Positions 28,204 to 39,191 of a DNA stretch of 64,000 nt are shown one piece after another (position 1 is the first letter of the stretch; each line of letters opens with the position of its first letter). Source of the stretch: Dehalococcoidia bacterium (GTDB taxonomy: Bacteria > Chloroflexota > Dehalococcoidia > Lucifugimonadales > UBA3495); assembly GCA_965262485.1 (NCBI GenBank), contig OZ253540.1:2339882-2403881 (forward strand), written 5' to 3'. Below the pieces are notes generated by a model. It made no database searches and was not told the origin of the DNA. It was given only the letters and a program-made list of their open reading frames with translations. The position numbers were made by a program, and so were the translations under genes.

Positions 28204-31091
28204 TTGGAGAAATCCCCCAATGAGCAACTTGACGCCATGCTGACTGCCTGCCCGCCGCGCCCCATTGCACAGGCCGGCGACCAGTACGCCGCCGACATCA
28301 TCCGAGGTCTGAGCGAGGAACTAGCCACCGCGGAAACCGCGGCTGATTTCTTGGAAACGACCCATCTGACCAAGGACACCGCCGACTTTCTGCGGATGGC
28401 GATGGATCGCATCGCCTTGGGGCGCGACAGCACCAGCCCCTCCGTGTACCAGCTGTACAGCCGCTACGGAGGCGGCAAGACCCACAGCCTGCTGCTGCTG
28501 GCCGCCGCCGCCAAATACCCCCACCTGCCCTATTGGCAGGACAACGCTCAATGCGACCCGGCCTCCGCCAGGGTAATCGCCTTCGACGGCGAAAAGCACA
28601 ACGTGGTTAACGGCACCGAGCTGGACGAGCAGGGCAACAGGGCCAGGAGCCTGGCCGGCTACATACTGTACCACCTGGGCGGCCCTGCGGCCCTGCGCGA
28701 ATTCGGTGAAGGCGACGCAACTCTGGCCGACCCAGGCTCCGACGCTTTCCGACGGCTGATCGGCGACGAACCCATGATCATCGTCGACGACGAGCTCGTG
28801 CACTACATCAACCGGGTGAACCAGCGCGCCGCCAGCGACGCCCGGATCAGCGCGGAAGGAGTGTTGACCACCCTCAGCGCGCTGATCAACGCCGTAGCCA
28901 ACAGCCCCAGAGCCGTGCTGGTAATCACCACTCCCGAAGACTCACACGAACTCTTGGAAGAGAGCAATGCGGCAACCGCCGGCGACGCCCACCACGCCGA
29001 CGCTCTGGCGTTGCTCGATATGCTGGATCGGGTCAACTCGCAGCTAGGGCGAGTAATGCACCCAGTGGCCCCGTCTGGCGAAGCCGACCTGCCGGCCATC
29101 CTGCGCAAGCGCCTGTTCTATGGCGTGGACGAAGCCGCCCGTCAGGACACGGCCAATGCCTACACCGCCGTATCCGCCCGCAACGGACGCGCCAACGGCA
29201 GCCTGGATTACCAGGGCTTTCACGATGCCTACCCGTTCCACCCGTCGCTGCTGAACATCATCACCGGCCGCCTGGCCGCCAACCGCAACTTCCAGCGAGT
29301 GCGCAGCACCCTGCGCCTGCTGGGCAATACCCTGCTGGAAATGCAAAACGGCAGCGGCGAAGCGGCGCTCCTGCATCCCTACCACGTCACCCTCCGTGCC
29401 GCCTGCATCCGTGACGAGGTCGTCAATCGCCCCGGCTTTTCCGAGCTGGACCCAGCCATCGAGACCGACATCGTTGGGCGCAACAGCACTGCCGAGAAAA
29501 CCGGCAACGACCTGGCGGAACCAGCGGCCGTGACGATGCTGCTGGGCACCATCGCACCCGACAACAGCAACGGCCTCTACGCCGACCAGATCGCCGACGC
29601 CCTACTTTCGCCGGAGCGCGACGACTTCGGCGTCATCGCCAACGCCATTGAGCAGTTCCTGAGCCGGGCCATCTACGTGGACGACAGCCCCGACACCCAG
29701 CGCAAGCGTTTCAGCAAAGACGCCAACGTGATGAAGGAACTGCTGGAAGCTAGAGACGCCATCCTGGCCAACACCACGGCAATGACCGACCTACTCCGGC
29801 TAGCCATCACCAGCGCCTACGGCGGCGGCAACCGGCGCGGCGACCAGTCGAGGTCATGCTCTTCCCTTCCCGACAGTCCAACGTGCCGGATAACCCCGAC
29901 CGGGCCGTTCTGGGCGTCGTCAATCCCGACCACTGGAACTGGACCGACGCCGGCAACCCGGCCAACGGGATGAGCAACCAGGATCTGCTGGACCTGCACC
30001 GACACAGCAGCGGCAACGACGGCGACGCGACGCGGCAGTACCCGAACAACGCTCTGCTGCTGGCCGCCCACGACGCCAACCTGAACCGCATCCGGGAGGA
30101 CATCGCCACCATGGAGGCGGCGGAGCGGCTCCTCAAGGACACCACCCGACCGCTGCCCAAGCACCGGCGCGAAACGCTGGACAACATTTGCGCCACGTCT
30201 GAGAAGAACGCCACCACCGGCATCCAGAACAAGTTCGCCCATCTGTTCTCGGCTGGCAACACCCAGCAACACCAATGGCCGGAACCGCACAGCCACCTGG
30301 AGCAGCGCACCTTGGACTCAATCACCGACGCTGCCGGCAAGGGGCAGGACGGCATCCTGCAAGCATTGGGCGGCCGGGTGCTGCGCGGCGTAGCCGCAGG
30401 GTTGAGCAAAACCGCCTGGAGCCGGGTGGGCATCATAACCAACGAGCAGGGCAGCACCTTGGGTGAATTGCGTGACTACTTCGCACGGACGCCCGACGAA
30501 CGCATCGTCATCAATGACGCCACCTGGCGCGCCGTGATAGCCAACGGTGTCAGCAACGACGCCCTACACGTAGTGACGCCCAGTGACGAGATGAATCCAA
30601 CGGGCTACGACGCCAGCTGGCGAGTATGGGTCAAAGGATATGAAAAGGTGGGCAAGCCACCCCCGCCACCGCCACCGCCACCGGGACCCCAACAGACTAC
30701 GTTCACCAGCGGGAAGCTACCCGCCAAGGCCGCATACGAAGCCATCAAACGGTTCATGGCCGACAACGGCCACGACTGGCCCGCGCTGGCCTCCTGCCAA
30801 GTCAACGGAACCAGCGCGACGCTGGCCGACCAGATTGCCAGCGTCGCGCAAGGCGACGACGGCGGCATCGCCATCACGATGCGGGCACAGAACCAGAGGT
30901 TACAAGTTGGTATCAACGGCGCGCCCCCCAGCGAGTTCAAGGACTACTCCGGGCCAGCCAAGCGCATGATGAACAAGGCCGGCGTCAGCACCGCCGACGT
31001 GAGCGTGCGGCTGGAGCCGGACGCCGCCCAGCGCGTGCTGGAAAAATTGAACAACCGGGACGAAGCCAACATCAGCGTTTCGTTCCACTGA
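28204..31091 (+). pseudogene. DUF499-type ATPase (~960 aa) with one frameshift near 29845
   Basis: ..FLETTHLTKD..VYQLYSRYGGGKTHSLLLLA (GGGKTH signature). Frame 1 ends ..GGGNRRGDQ and frame 0 continues VEVMLFPSRQSNVPDNPDRAVLGVVNP... Confidence 0.8.
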
Positions 31092-31108
31092 CCCGAAAGG
31101 AACACCTA

Positions 31109-31546
31109 ATGACCCTAATGCGAGAAACTCCCAAGGACCACGGCCTGCTGCTGGACCACGATCCCAGAGGCAACCGCCGCCTGTCCATCACCTTGGCCGG
31201 CAAGTCGCACCGCAGTAACGGCCGGCGGCTGCAATACGCCACCGGAACGCTGTACCAGCGCTGCTTTCAGCACGTGTCCGCCATCCTGTGGAACCACCAA
31301 GGCCAGCGACTGCAACCGCAGGAAGAGGCCGGCCAGCAGTACCACTCCATCACCGAACAGGCTGCGGTGCAGATCCGCCTGCTGCTGGACGCCGTGGGCG
31401 GCACGGAACGGGCCGACAAGGCGGAACGCCTGGCCCGCGCCATCGCCGACCTGCATCCCTGCGAAAGCAGTTGGTGGTATGCCTGCCACAAGAACCGCAA
31501 TCGCCCCCGCCGCGTGCTGGACGCGCTGACGCTGATGTACGCGTGA
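31109..31546 (+). CDS. Hypothetical 145-aa protein between the DUF499 gene and brnT (position of the small accessory gene in such loci)
   Basis: Intact ORF, 17 nt after the DUF499 stop. Family not recognised with confidence. Confidence 0.5.
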   Translation: MTLMRETPKDHGLLLDHDPRGNRRLSITLAGKSHRSNGRRLQYATGTLYQRCFQHVSAILWNHQGQRLQPQEEAGQQYHSITEQAAVQIRLLLDAVGGTERADKAERLARAIADLHPCESSWWYACHKNRNRPRRVLDALTLMYA

Positions 31547-31573
31547 CGCCATGGCGGACGGAATAAAACTACG

Positions 31574-31855
31574 ATGTGGACTTGGAATGCCCGCAAAAAC
31601 GCCGCCAATCGACATTTGCACCGAACGTCGTTCCAGGAAGCCCAAGAGGTGTTTGACGACCCGCTGTCAGCCACCAGGCCAGACTTGGAACACAGTCATT
31701 ACGAGCAACGCTACCACACTGTGGGAGCAACCCGTTCCCGAAGGCTGCTACTGGTGGTGCACACTTGGGACGAGGCAAGCCAGTCGGGCCGCATTATCTC
31801 TGCACGCGAAGCCACTGAAATAGAGAGAAACGTTTATGAAATCGGAGAATTCTGA
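31574..31855 (+). CDS. brnT: BrnT-family (DUF497) toxin
   Basis: MWTWNARKNAANRHLHRTSFQEAQEVFDDPL...GRIISAREATEIERNVY, matching the W...K...N..KH.vsF.EA..vF.Dp....iRiISAR.At..E...Y pattern. Confidence 0.8.
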   Translation: MWTWNARKNAANRHLHRTSFQEAQEVFDDPLSATRPDLEHSHYEQRYHTVGATRSRRLLLVVHTWDEASQSGRIISAREATEIERNVYEIGEF

Positions 31856-33170
31856 AGGCACGGACCTGAAGTTCATCCCTGAGGTGACCGACTGGACCGG
31901 CGCGGTGCGCGGGATGTTCGCCAACCAGGCCAACCAGCCATACACCGAGGAAACCATTGTCCTGTTCGACGACAAAGACAGGGACTACACCAAGCCGGCC
32001 CTCAACGCGGAAACGACATACTCGTTTTGCGACCGTTCATCTCTGGACGAATTCGCGCGCCTGCGGCGAATGTTGCAACGGTGGATGGACCGGCTGCCGC
32101 TAGGAAAGCAAAAGGACATCGTAGGACGGATGCGGCACAAAGGACGCGGCTCGCCGGCGGAAGAGCAGAGTTTCAACGGCGCGTTCTTCGAGTTGTTCCT
32201 GCACGAGTTCCTGAACGGAACCGCCGACTATACGGTGGTGGAGCCAAAAATCGGGCAGCTGACACCAGACTTCGGCGTAACAGAAACGGGGCCGGGCGGA
32301 AACAAAATCAGCTACGTGGTAGAGGCTACCGACATCAACGTCACGCGTGATACGGAATTGGAGTCTAATTGGAACGAGCGGCACGCCCTAGACATTCTGA
32401 ACGAAATCGAGTCCCCGGATTATTACCTGTGGGTAAGAACCGAAGGAACTCTGACCACGACGCCTCCCAAGCGAGGCCTGAAGCAGCCCTTCGAGGATCT
32501 GGTAAGGAATGCCAATTACGACGACGTCAGTGCGACAGCGGAATTGTATGGCCTACATGAACAAGTCATGCCGAACGACACATTCCGACAGGGCGACTGG
32601 AGCGTTACGGGCCATCTGCTGCCGGTTGACGCGGAACACCGTCCCAAGAAAGGGCGGTTCGTCAGCGTTGGCCCAATGAAGAGTGGCGGCGTTGATGACA
32701 TCGGAAAAGCAAAAACCAGGCTATACCACAAAGCGAATCAATATAAGATTGTCGACAACCTGATAATCGCGCTGAGGGCTGACTGGTGGCTGGACCGCAT
32801 TAGCGAGGCACTGTTCGGGAGCATGGAGTACCAGATCGCCGTGCCCAAGGATCCGACCTACACCGGGCCGTTGCCTCCAGCACGCAACGTACAGAGGCTC
32901 GACGGCTTTTGGTTCAACACCAACGGCCCGCAGAACGAGAACGTCATCGGCGTAGTGGCGTTTTACCGCCTCCACCCGCACTGTGTCGATAAGACCACTG
33001 CCATATTCTACGCAAATCCCTACACAGAGAAGCCGTTGCCATCTTGGGCAAAAGAAATCACCCACGCAGAGTATAAAGACGGCAAAGTGGAAATCGTTGA
33101 AGGCATCCCACCTTGCGCCTTTGCCAGAGACCACGAACCCTTCACAGACGTTCAATTCCGATTCCAGTAG
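31836..33170 (+). CDS. 444-aa protein in the BrnA position. Short antitoxin-like N-terminus plus a large unknown domain with a possible PD-(D/E)xK-like motif.
   Basis: Overlaps the brnT 3' end by 20 nt. ..IPEVTDWTGAVRGMF..; ..FELFLHEFLNG..LTPDFGVT....ISYVVEATDI. Confidence 0.6.
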   Translation: MKSENSEGTDLKFIPEVTDWTGAVRGMFANQANQPYTEETIVLFDDKDRDYTKPALNAETTYSFCDRSSLDEFARLRRMLQRWMDRLPLGKQKDIVGRMRHKGRGSPAEEQSFNGAFFELFLHEFLNGTADYTVVEPKIGQLTPDFGVTETGPGGNKISYVVEATDINVTRDTELESNWNERHALDILNEIESPDYYLWVRTEGTLTTTPPKRGLKQPFEDLVRNANYDDVSATAELYGLHEQVMPNDTFRQGDWSVTGHLLPVDAEHRPKKGRFVSVGPMKSGGVDDIGKAKTRLYHKANQYKIVDNLIIALRADWWLDRISEALFGSMEYQIAVPKDPTYTGPLPPARNVQRLDGFWFNTNGPQNENVIGVVAFYRLHPHCVDKTTAIFYANPYTEKPLPSWAKEITHAEYKDGKVEIVEGIPPCAFARDHEPFTDVQFRFQ

Positions 33171-33235
33171 GAAGCATCGGACGCCAGCCAATGACCAAGC
33201 GCAACGACACGCAGATTATTTGACTCGAAGAGTAG

Positions 33236-33623
33236 ATGCAGTACCGCGAGCTCCTGCCGCCGGACTGCCCTCCGCCCAGCGCGCAAGGCATAATGGAGCA
33301 GACGGTGCGATACCGACTATTTGGAGAGCGTTGTTCCTACGCAGGGAGACTTTGACTCATTCGTAAAGAAGCGAGGACGTCCCAACCGGCGCAGCAGGAG
33401 AACGCCGTGCGAACAGAGCGGCGTGTCCCTGTGGAAGTCGCTGAACTCCGTGTGTGCGTTGCTGGCAAGCGACCTGAACAACAACAGCCGGTGGCAAAGC
33501 ATCGGCGAACTCACTATACCGGCCGGGGCCGGCAAATTGAATCCGATTGAACCGAACGGGCATCAAACTTGGTGGCCGTCGCAAGCATTCGACCCGGTCG
33601 AAAACTGCAAGGTGATACTATGA
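33236..33623 (+). pseudogene. Small hypothetical gene, apparently frameshifted near 33330
   Basis: MQYRELLPPDCPPPSAQGIMEQTVRYRLFGE / VVPTQGDFDSF...GVSLWKSL...HQTWWPSQ. Its stop overlaps the next ATG (ATGA). Confidence 0.3.
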
Positions 33624-35460
33624 ACGTCGCATACTAGGATTCCATCCTTTACAACGACTGCGAACTGATTTTCGAGGCCGCAGATGAGACCGGACGGCGG
33701 TATGTCGCCGTACACACCGGCGACTACGAAACCGGATGCGAGTACATAATGGCGCCGGCATCCCCGGAAAGCCTGGTCGCCTTCAAGAACGGCAAAATCG
33801 ACCTGCGCCACCTCCTGTTGGACTCCCCGACCCAAGAGTGGTACACAGCGGCGTTAGACGTGAATGACGACGACGTTGCAATCGCCCTGAAGCAACAGGA
33901 CGCCCCAATTTCAGGCTGCAACAACCTTCCGGGAGCAGGGTTCTACATAGGGGTGGGCAACTCCGGCGATTTCGTGCAGGAGGATGTACAGCCCACAGCA
34001 ACGGCAAATGCAGCGCCGCCGAACGCCGCCGGCCCCCGCCTCATCGAAAAATGGCTGCCCATTAACGAAGTCTCGACCGAGGCCATCCGCGAACGGGCAG
34101 GTGCAGTCCCCAATCCTGCGCCCCACCAGCTTCATGTCTGGTGGGCACGCCGACCGTTGGCCCCATCACGGGCCTCTGTGATCCTGTCCCTGATACCAGA
34201 AGCGGCTGACATGCCGCAAACCCGCACGGCTGCTTTTGACCTACTTGGAACCAGCCCGAACATACACCTGATTAGCCAGCGGCTGGCTGCCGCTTCCGAG
34301 AGCGGTGAGCGCGACAAGGAAGGCTACGGCAAACACCGCCGCGCCTTTACATATAACCTATCGCCTGACGAACGCACTTGGCTCAACGCCAACTTGTCCA
34401 GCCCAAACCCGGTAGTCCTCGACGTCACCGCCGGCGGCGGCTCCATCCCCTTTGAGGCCGGACGACTGGGCTTCCGCACCATCGCCAACGAGCTGAACCC
34501 AGTGGCCTGTTTCATCCTGCGCGCCACCTGCCAGTGGCCCCAGCAGTACGGCTACGCCCTGCTGGACGACTACCGAGAAGTCAGCGCCAAGTTCCAAGCC
34601 CGCGTCAACGAACTGCTGGCCGGCGTTTATCCCGACGAGTACGCCCCCGACTGCGCCGACGGCAATTGTCCCCATCCGCAACATCAAAACGAAAAAATGT
34701 CCGCCGTCCGCGCCCAGAGATATGTTTGGGCATATCTCTGGGCGCGGACGGCGGTTTGCCCTGCTTGCCGCAAGGTGATCCCGCTGTCACCCAACTGGAG
34801 ACTGGACAATAAATGCACCGGCATCAGGGTTGAACCCGCCACCGACCCAATAGGGCTAAGCATCGTCCACGACCGCGCGGCCTGCTCCGACTGCAGGGCA
34901 GCCAACAAGGGCTGTCACCTAGCTAATCTTTACTCCGACCAGAAGGTCAGTGACGGCACCGTAACCCGTGCCATCGCCACCTGCCCCGCCTGCGGCAGCA
35001 CTACTCCCAAGGGATACCTAGCGCAGGAAGCCCAGGCCGGCCGAATGGGACACCGCCTTTACTGCGTCATCTACCGGGACAGCTGGCGCGACCGTAACAA
35101 GGACGGCACAGAACGCAAGCGGGAAACCACCTACCGGGTTTTCGCCGAGCCGGAGGAACGCCACTTTACCAGTGATGCCCAAGTAGCCGGCGAACTGGCC
35201 CGCCTGGAACCACAATGGGATGCGGATGACATCCTGCCCACCGAGGAAGTACCGGTCGGCAACGACCAGAGGCCGCATACCTACGGGATGCCAGAGTGGC
35301 GCGATATGTTCAATCCCCGCCAGCAGCTCGCCCACGGCTACTGCGTCCAAGCGTTCCGCGAATGCGTTGACGCTGACCAGCACGCCGGCCGTCTGGACGA
35401 CCGTCGCAAAGCGGCATGGGGTTACGTCGCAACCGCCATCGACAAGCTGATCAGCACTAA
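33620..35460 (+). pseudogene. DUF1156-type DNA methyltransferase. Has an N-terminal extension with in-frame TAG (33635-33637) and is truncated by IS5 copy C before the catalytic DPPY region.
   Basis: ..PRLIEKWLPINEVSTEAIRERAG...HQLHVWWARRPLAPSRA; Zn-ribbon cysteines CPACRK, CPACGS; ..MFNPRQQLAHGY.. then the IS at 35461. No continuation is seen after the IS. Confidence 0.8.
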
Positions 35461-36322
35461 GAGCCTGTCTACGATCTCCGGAATAGGTTAAGTTGAGGCT
35501 ATTATCAGGGGAGGGGTAATCATGTCTCATTCCTATCCCAGCGACATTAGCCGGGAGCAATTCGCCCGTATTCTGCCGACGTTGGAGTCGGCCCGCCGCC
35601 GGACCAAGCCCCGCACCGTGGACTTGTATGACGTTTTCTGCGGCGTGCTGTATCTCCTGAAAAGCGGTTGCCAGTGGCGAATGATACCTGCGGATTTCCC
35701 AAACTGGCGCACTTGCTACCAGTATTTCCGGCAGTGGAGCGAGCGGCCCGGCCCGGAGCAGGATTCCATTCTGGAACAAGTCCTAAAAAAAATCGGTTGG
35801 CGAGGCCCGACGCAGCAATGGACGGAAAGAGCAGACCAGCTTCTGTATCGTGGACTCCCAGAGCGTCAAGAACACGGACAGCGCCGAGCAGAAGGGCTAT
35901 GACGCGGGCAAGAAGGTATCCGGAATCAAGCGTCACATCGCGGTGGACACGCAAGGATTGCCCCATGCGATACACGTGACTACTGCCGACGTCACCGACC
36001 GGGCTGGGGCTTTGGCGATGTTTGACCGGCGCCGGGACGGCCTCAGTCAGGTGCAGAACGTGCTGGTGGACGGGGGTTACACCGGAAAGCCCTTTGCCGC
36101 TGCGGTGCAAGGCATATTGGGAGCCGCGGTGGAAGTGGTGAAACGCAGCGAACTGCACACCTTCGTGGTGCTTCCAAAGCGATGGGTGGTGGAGCGGTCT
36201 TTCGCCTGGCTGGAAAAGTGCCGCCGCCTCTGGAAGAACTGCGAAAGAAAGCTCAATACCAGCCTGCAAATGGTGGTGCTTGCCTTCGCAACGCTACTCC
36301 TGAGAAGATTGTAAACAGGCTC
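35461..36322 (+). mobile_element. IS5-family element, copy C, with 3-bp TAA target duplication
   Basis: ..cacTAA|GAGCCTGTCTACG....GTAAACAGGCTC|TAAgat.. Confidence 0.9.
35522..36314 (+). CDS. IS5-family transposase (orfA/orfB, -1 frameshift at A8)
   Basis: Near-identical to copy A. ORFs 35522-35902 and 35850-36314. Confidence 0.8.
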
Positions 36323-36586
36323 TAAGATGTGAGTAGGAAATCTCACTCAACAGGGCACTACAAAACGCCACTTCACCTACATTGGCGAGTCTGACCTTCG
36401 GCACCACCTAACTAATTCAACACCGTTTCGTGCGGAGGATGGTTAGCGGGCAAGCCTTGAAACTGATGCACTTTTCCAGTGGGGTTGCTTCTTGGGTGGT
36501 GGTGGAGTGTTCAGGCGTGATTCCTTGTCGGTTCGGTTTTTTTGCGTCAAACGGACGGGATTGTAACACAGGTAGGAGTATGAACG

Positions 36587-37693
36587 ATGATACGAATCGA
36601 ATTGATGGAGCAGCTGGTCCAGCGCATCGCAAACCAGTCCGCATTTTTGCACTCTGAAGAGGCGACCAAGCACGCTTTAGTTTTACCCTTCCTGCAATCT
36701 ATGGGGTACGACCCATTCAACCCCGAGGAGATAATCCCCGAATATACCGCAGACTTCGGTACCAAGCAGGGTGAAAAGGTGGACTATGCCATCATGCGGG
36801 ACGGCTCTCCCGTCATCCTGATTGAGTGCAAAAAGGTCGGCGACCCACTGGACGCCCAGCGCGCCAGCCAATTAGGGCGGTACTTCCATCTTACGGAAGC
36901 CCGAATCGCTATTCTTACCGACGGTGTGCGCTACCTGTTCTTTAGCGACCTGGAGCAAGACAACCTGATGGACCAAACCCCGTTTCTCCAGGTTGACCTG
37001 TCATCTCTGGAGAGCGGTATCCACCGCAATCTGCGGCATTTCGCCAAAGACACGTTCGACGTTGAAGAGGCGTGTGAAGCCGCCGCCAACCTCAAGTACA
37101 TCCACGGCATGCAGGACTTTCTGGAGGCGGCCTACGTTGACCCACCGGACGAATTTGTCCGCATGATGGCGCGGAACGTTTATAAAGGCCCTATTACGCC
37201 CCAGCGTCGGGAGAAGTTCGCCCACCTCACCAAAGTTGCCTTTCAAGGATTCGTCAACGACCGGGTCTCTAACACGCTGAAAAAGGCGTCAGACATTGCC
37301 AGCCACCTGGCGGAGGAAGACCTGGATATCGACGATGATGGGCAACATCAGGAATCGCCCCCCAATGAAGAAAAGGGCATCATCACAACTGCGGAGGAAA
37401 TTGAGGCTTACGAAATCGTCAAGGCCCTCGTAAGCGATGTGGTGGACCCCGAGCGGGTTCACATCCGAGATAGCAAGCGTTATTGCGCCGTCCTGATGGA
37501 TGATACCCGATTGCAGCAGATCTGCCGCCTGCACCTCCATTCCAGCACGACGAAGTACATCACGATAATGACCGGGGAGAGGGACGAAAGGGGCAGACAA
37601 GCATCCGTTCGGTATGACATTGACCAAATCAATGACATCGTGAGTTACCAAAACGAGCGGTTCCGTTTACTTGTGCGTGATAGGCTATTATAG
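36587..37693 (+). CDS. HsdR-N-terminal-like (type I restriction enzyme R N-terminal domain) protein. The last codons are supplied by the IS6 left end.
   Basis: ..SEEATKHALVLPFLQSMGYDPFNPEEIIPEY....VDYAI....PVILIECKK... The C-terminus ..NERFRLLVRDRLL is encoded by GGTTCCGTTTACTTGTGCGTGATAGG. Confidence 0.65.
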   Translation: MIRIELMEQLVQRIANQSAFLHSEEATKHALVLPFLQSMGYDPFNPEEIIPEYTADFGTKQGEKVDYAIMRDGSPVILIECKKVGDPLDAQRASQLGRYFHLTEARIAILTDGVRYLFFSDLEQDNLMDQTPFLQVDLSSLESGIHRNLRHFAKDTFDVEEACEAAANLKYIHGMQDFLEAAYVDPPDEFVRMMARNVYKGPITPQRREKFAHLTKVAFQGFVNDRVSNTLKKASDIASHLAEEDLDIDDDGQHQESPPNEEKGIITTAEEIEAYEIVKALVSDVVDPERVHIRDSKRYCAVLMDDTRLQQICRLHLHSSTTKYITIMTGERDERGRQASVRYDIDQINDIVSYQNERFRLLVRDRLL

Positions 37694-37716
37694 CCGATTT
37701 TCCGGGGTGTGATACT

Positions 37717-38961
37717 ATGGCAGGGATTATGGCTGAATTCACCGAAACCGTAACCCGTACCATCGCCTGCCCTTACTGCGCCCACGACAAGGTCGTGAAG
37801 AACGGACGGAACGCCAACGGCAAGCAGACCTATCGTTGCAAGCAGTGTACCAAGCGGTTCCTGCACACCGGACAAGTAGGCGGGCATCGCGCTACCGCCG
37901 AGCAAATCGGCATGGCGGTCAGAATGTACTACGGCGGCACCAGTTACAAGCAAACCGCCGAGACGATGGCCGACGGCCACGATATGCCTGAACCGTCGAA
38001 GCGAGCGATCTACGAATGGGTGGGCGAGTACACCGCAGTTGCCAAAGACATACTGGCCGACCATCCGGCGCACACTAGCGGCAAGTGGGTGGCCGACGAA
38101 ACGCAGGTCAAGGTCGGCGGCGAGGCAATGTGGCTCTGGAACGTGATGGACGCCAGCACCCGTTATGCGCTGGCCGTCCACCTGTCGCCCAACCGGGACA
38201 CCAGGGCGGCGGTAGCCGTGATGCGTAAGGCGATGGCCGCCGCGGACGCCCCGCCCAAGTCCATCACCACCGACAAGTTGGGCAGTTACACCGGCGCAAT
38301 CAAACAGGTGTTCCCCGACGCCGAGCATATCCAGTCTGAAGGCATCCGCGCCGAGCTGAACAATAACCTGTCGGAACGGTTGCAGGGCACCATCAAAGAC
38401 CGCGTCAAAACGATGCGGGGGCTGGACGGGTTGGAGTCGGGGCAGCGGTACTTTGACGGTTGGGTGGTGCAATATAACCTGTTCCGGGAGCACGAAGGCA
38501 TCAAGGGGCAGACGCCCTCGGAGATGGCCGGTGTCAATCCGCCGTTCACAGAATGGGCCGACGTGGTGCGGGTGGCGGCAACGGACACCAAGCGCAAGGC
38601 CGCCGCGCCCAACCTGGCGGAGGTAGCGGATCGGGCGGAACGGCACGGGGAATCGACCGCGCCGCTCACCACCCACTTTGTGCCGGACACCGGAAGGCGG
38701 GTGCGCCCGAAAGGGGAGACCGACGACGACGATCCCGACGAGGAATGGCCGCCGACGCCGGCGACGGTAGCGCGGTGGCAGGATGACGCCCCAGAGCGAA
38801 TGCACGCCAAGCCGTCCAGCAGTGGCGGTATCCGCATCCGGCAACCCAAGCAAAAGGGCAAGGTTGTCAAACCCCGTAAGCAGGGCACGTCAAAACACGG
38901 TCTCGCCACCGCCGGGCGGGTAGCGAGTGCTCAACCCAAGCGTGGGAAACAGTCGAGGTGA
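37717..38961 (+). CDS. IS6-family DDE transposase with zinc finger
   Basis: 414 aa. Identical to the copy-3 protein up to ..PTPATVARW, then divergent. Confidence 0.85.
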   Translation: MAGIMAEFTETVTRTIACPYCAHDKVVKNGRNANGKQTYRCKQCTKRFLHTGQVGGHRATAEQIGMAVRMYYGGTSYKQTAETMADGHDMPEPSKRAIYEWVGEYTAVAKDILADHPAHTSGKWVADETQVKVGGEAMWLWNVMDASTRYALAVHLSPNRDTRAAVAVMRKAMAAADAPPKSITTDKLGSYTGAIKQVFPDAEHIQSEGIRAELNNNLSERLQGTIKDRVKTMRGLDGLESGQRYFDGWVVQYNLFREHEGIKGQTPSEMAGVNPPFTEWADVVRVAATDTKRKAAAPNLAEVADRAERHGESTAPLTTHFVPDTGRRVRPKGETDDDDPDEEWPPTPATVARWQDDAPERMHAKPSSSGGIRIRQPKQKGKVVKPRKQGTSKHGLATAGRVASAQPKRGKQSR

Positions 38962-39191
38962 TGATGGACTTTTGGATGTTGACTACCGGGTTGGCGACCT
39001 TTGGTATGTTCATAGCAGGTCTTGAAGTAATGCGACTGCAAAGAGCAAAACCAAAAAGGCTACTGCAACCGCAGACAGCCACGTCGCAACTATGCTCAAG
39101 ATGTGACAAGGAAATAGCCTCACACGGTCTCGCCACCGCCGGAAGGGTGGCGAGTGCTCAACCCAAACGCGGCAAACAGTCGAGGCGATGA
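38958..39191 (+). CDS. Small single-TM peptide (start overlaps the transposase stop). The tail repeats the transposase C-terminal coding sequence.
   Basis: MMDFWMLTTGLATFGMFIAGLEVMRLQRAKPKR...HGLATAGRVASAQPKRGKQSRR. Confidence 0.3.
   Translation: MMMDFWMLTTGLATFGMFIAGLEVMRLQRAKPKRLLQPQTATSQLCSRCDKEIASHGLATAGRVASAQPKRGKQSRR

Noticed and set aside
30657-30686. A (CCR)n tract encoding PPPPPPPPPGP in the DUF499 gene, as a possible contingency repeat.
   Set aside because: It is a short, imperfect, in-frame trinucleotide pattern. Length changes would only vary a proline linker.
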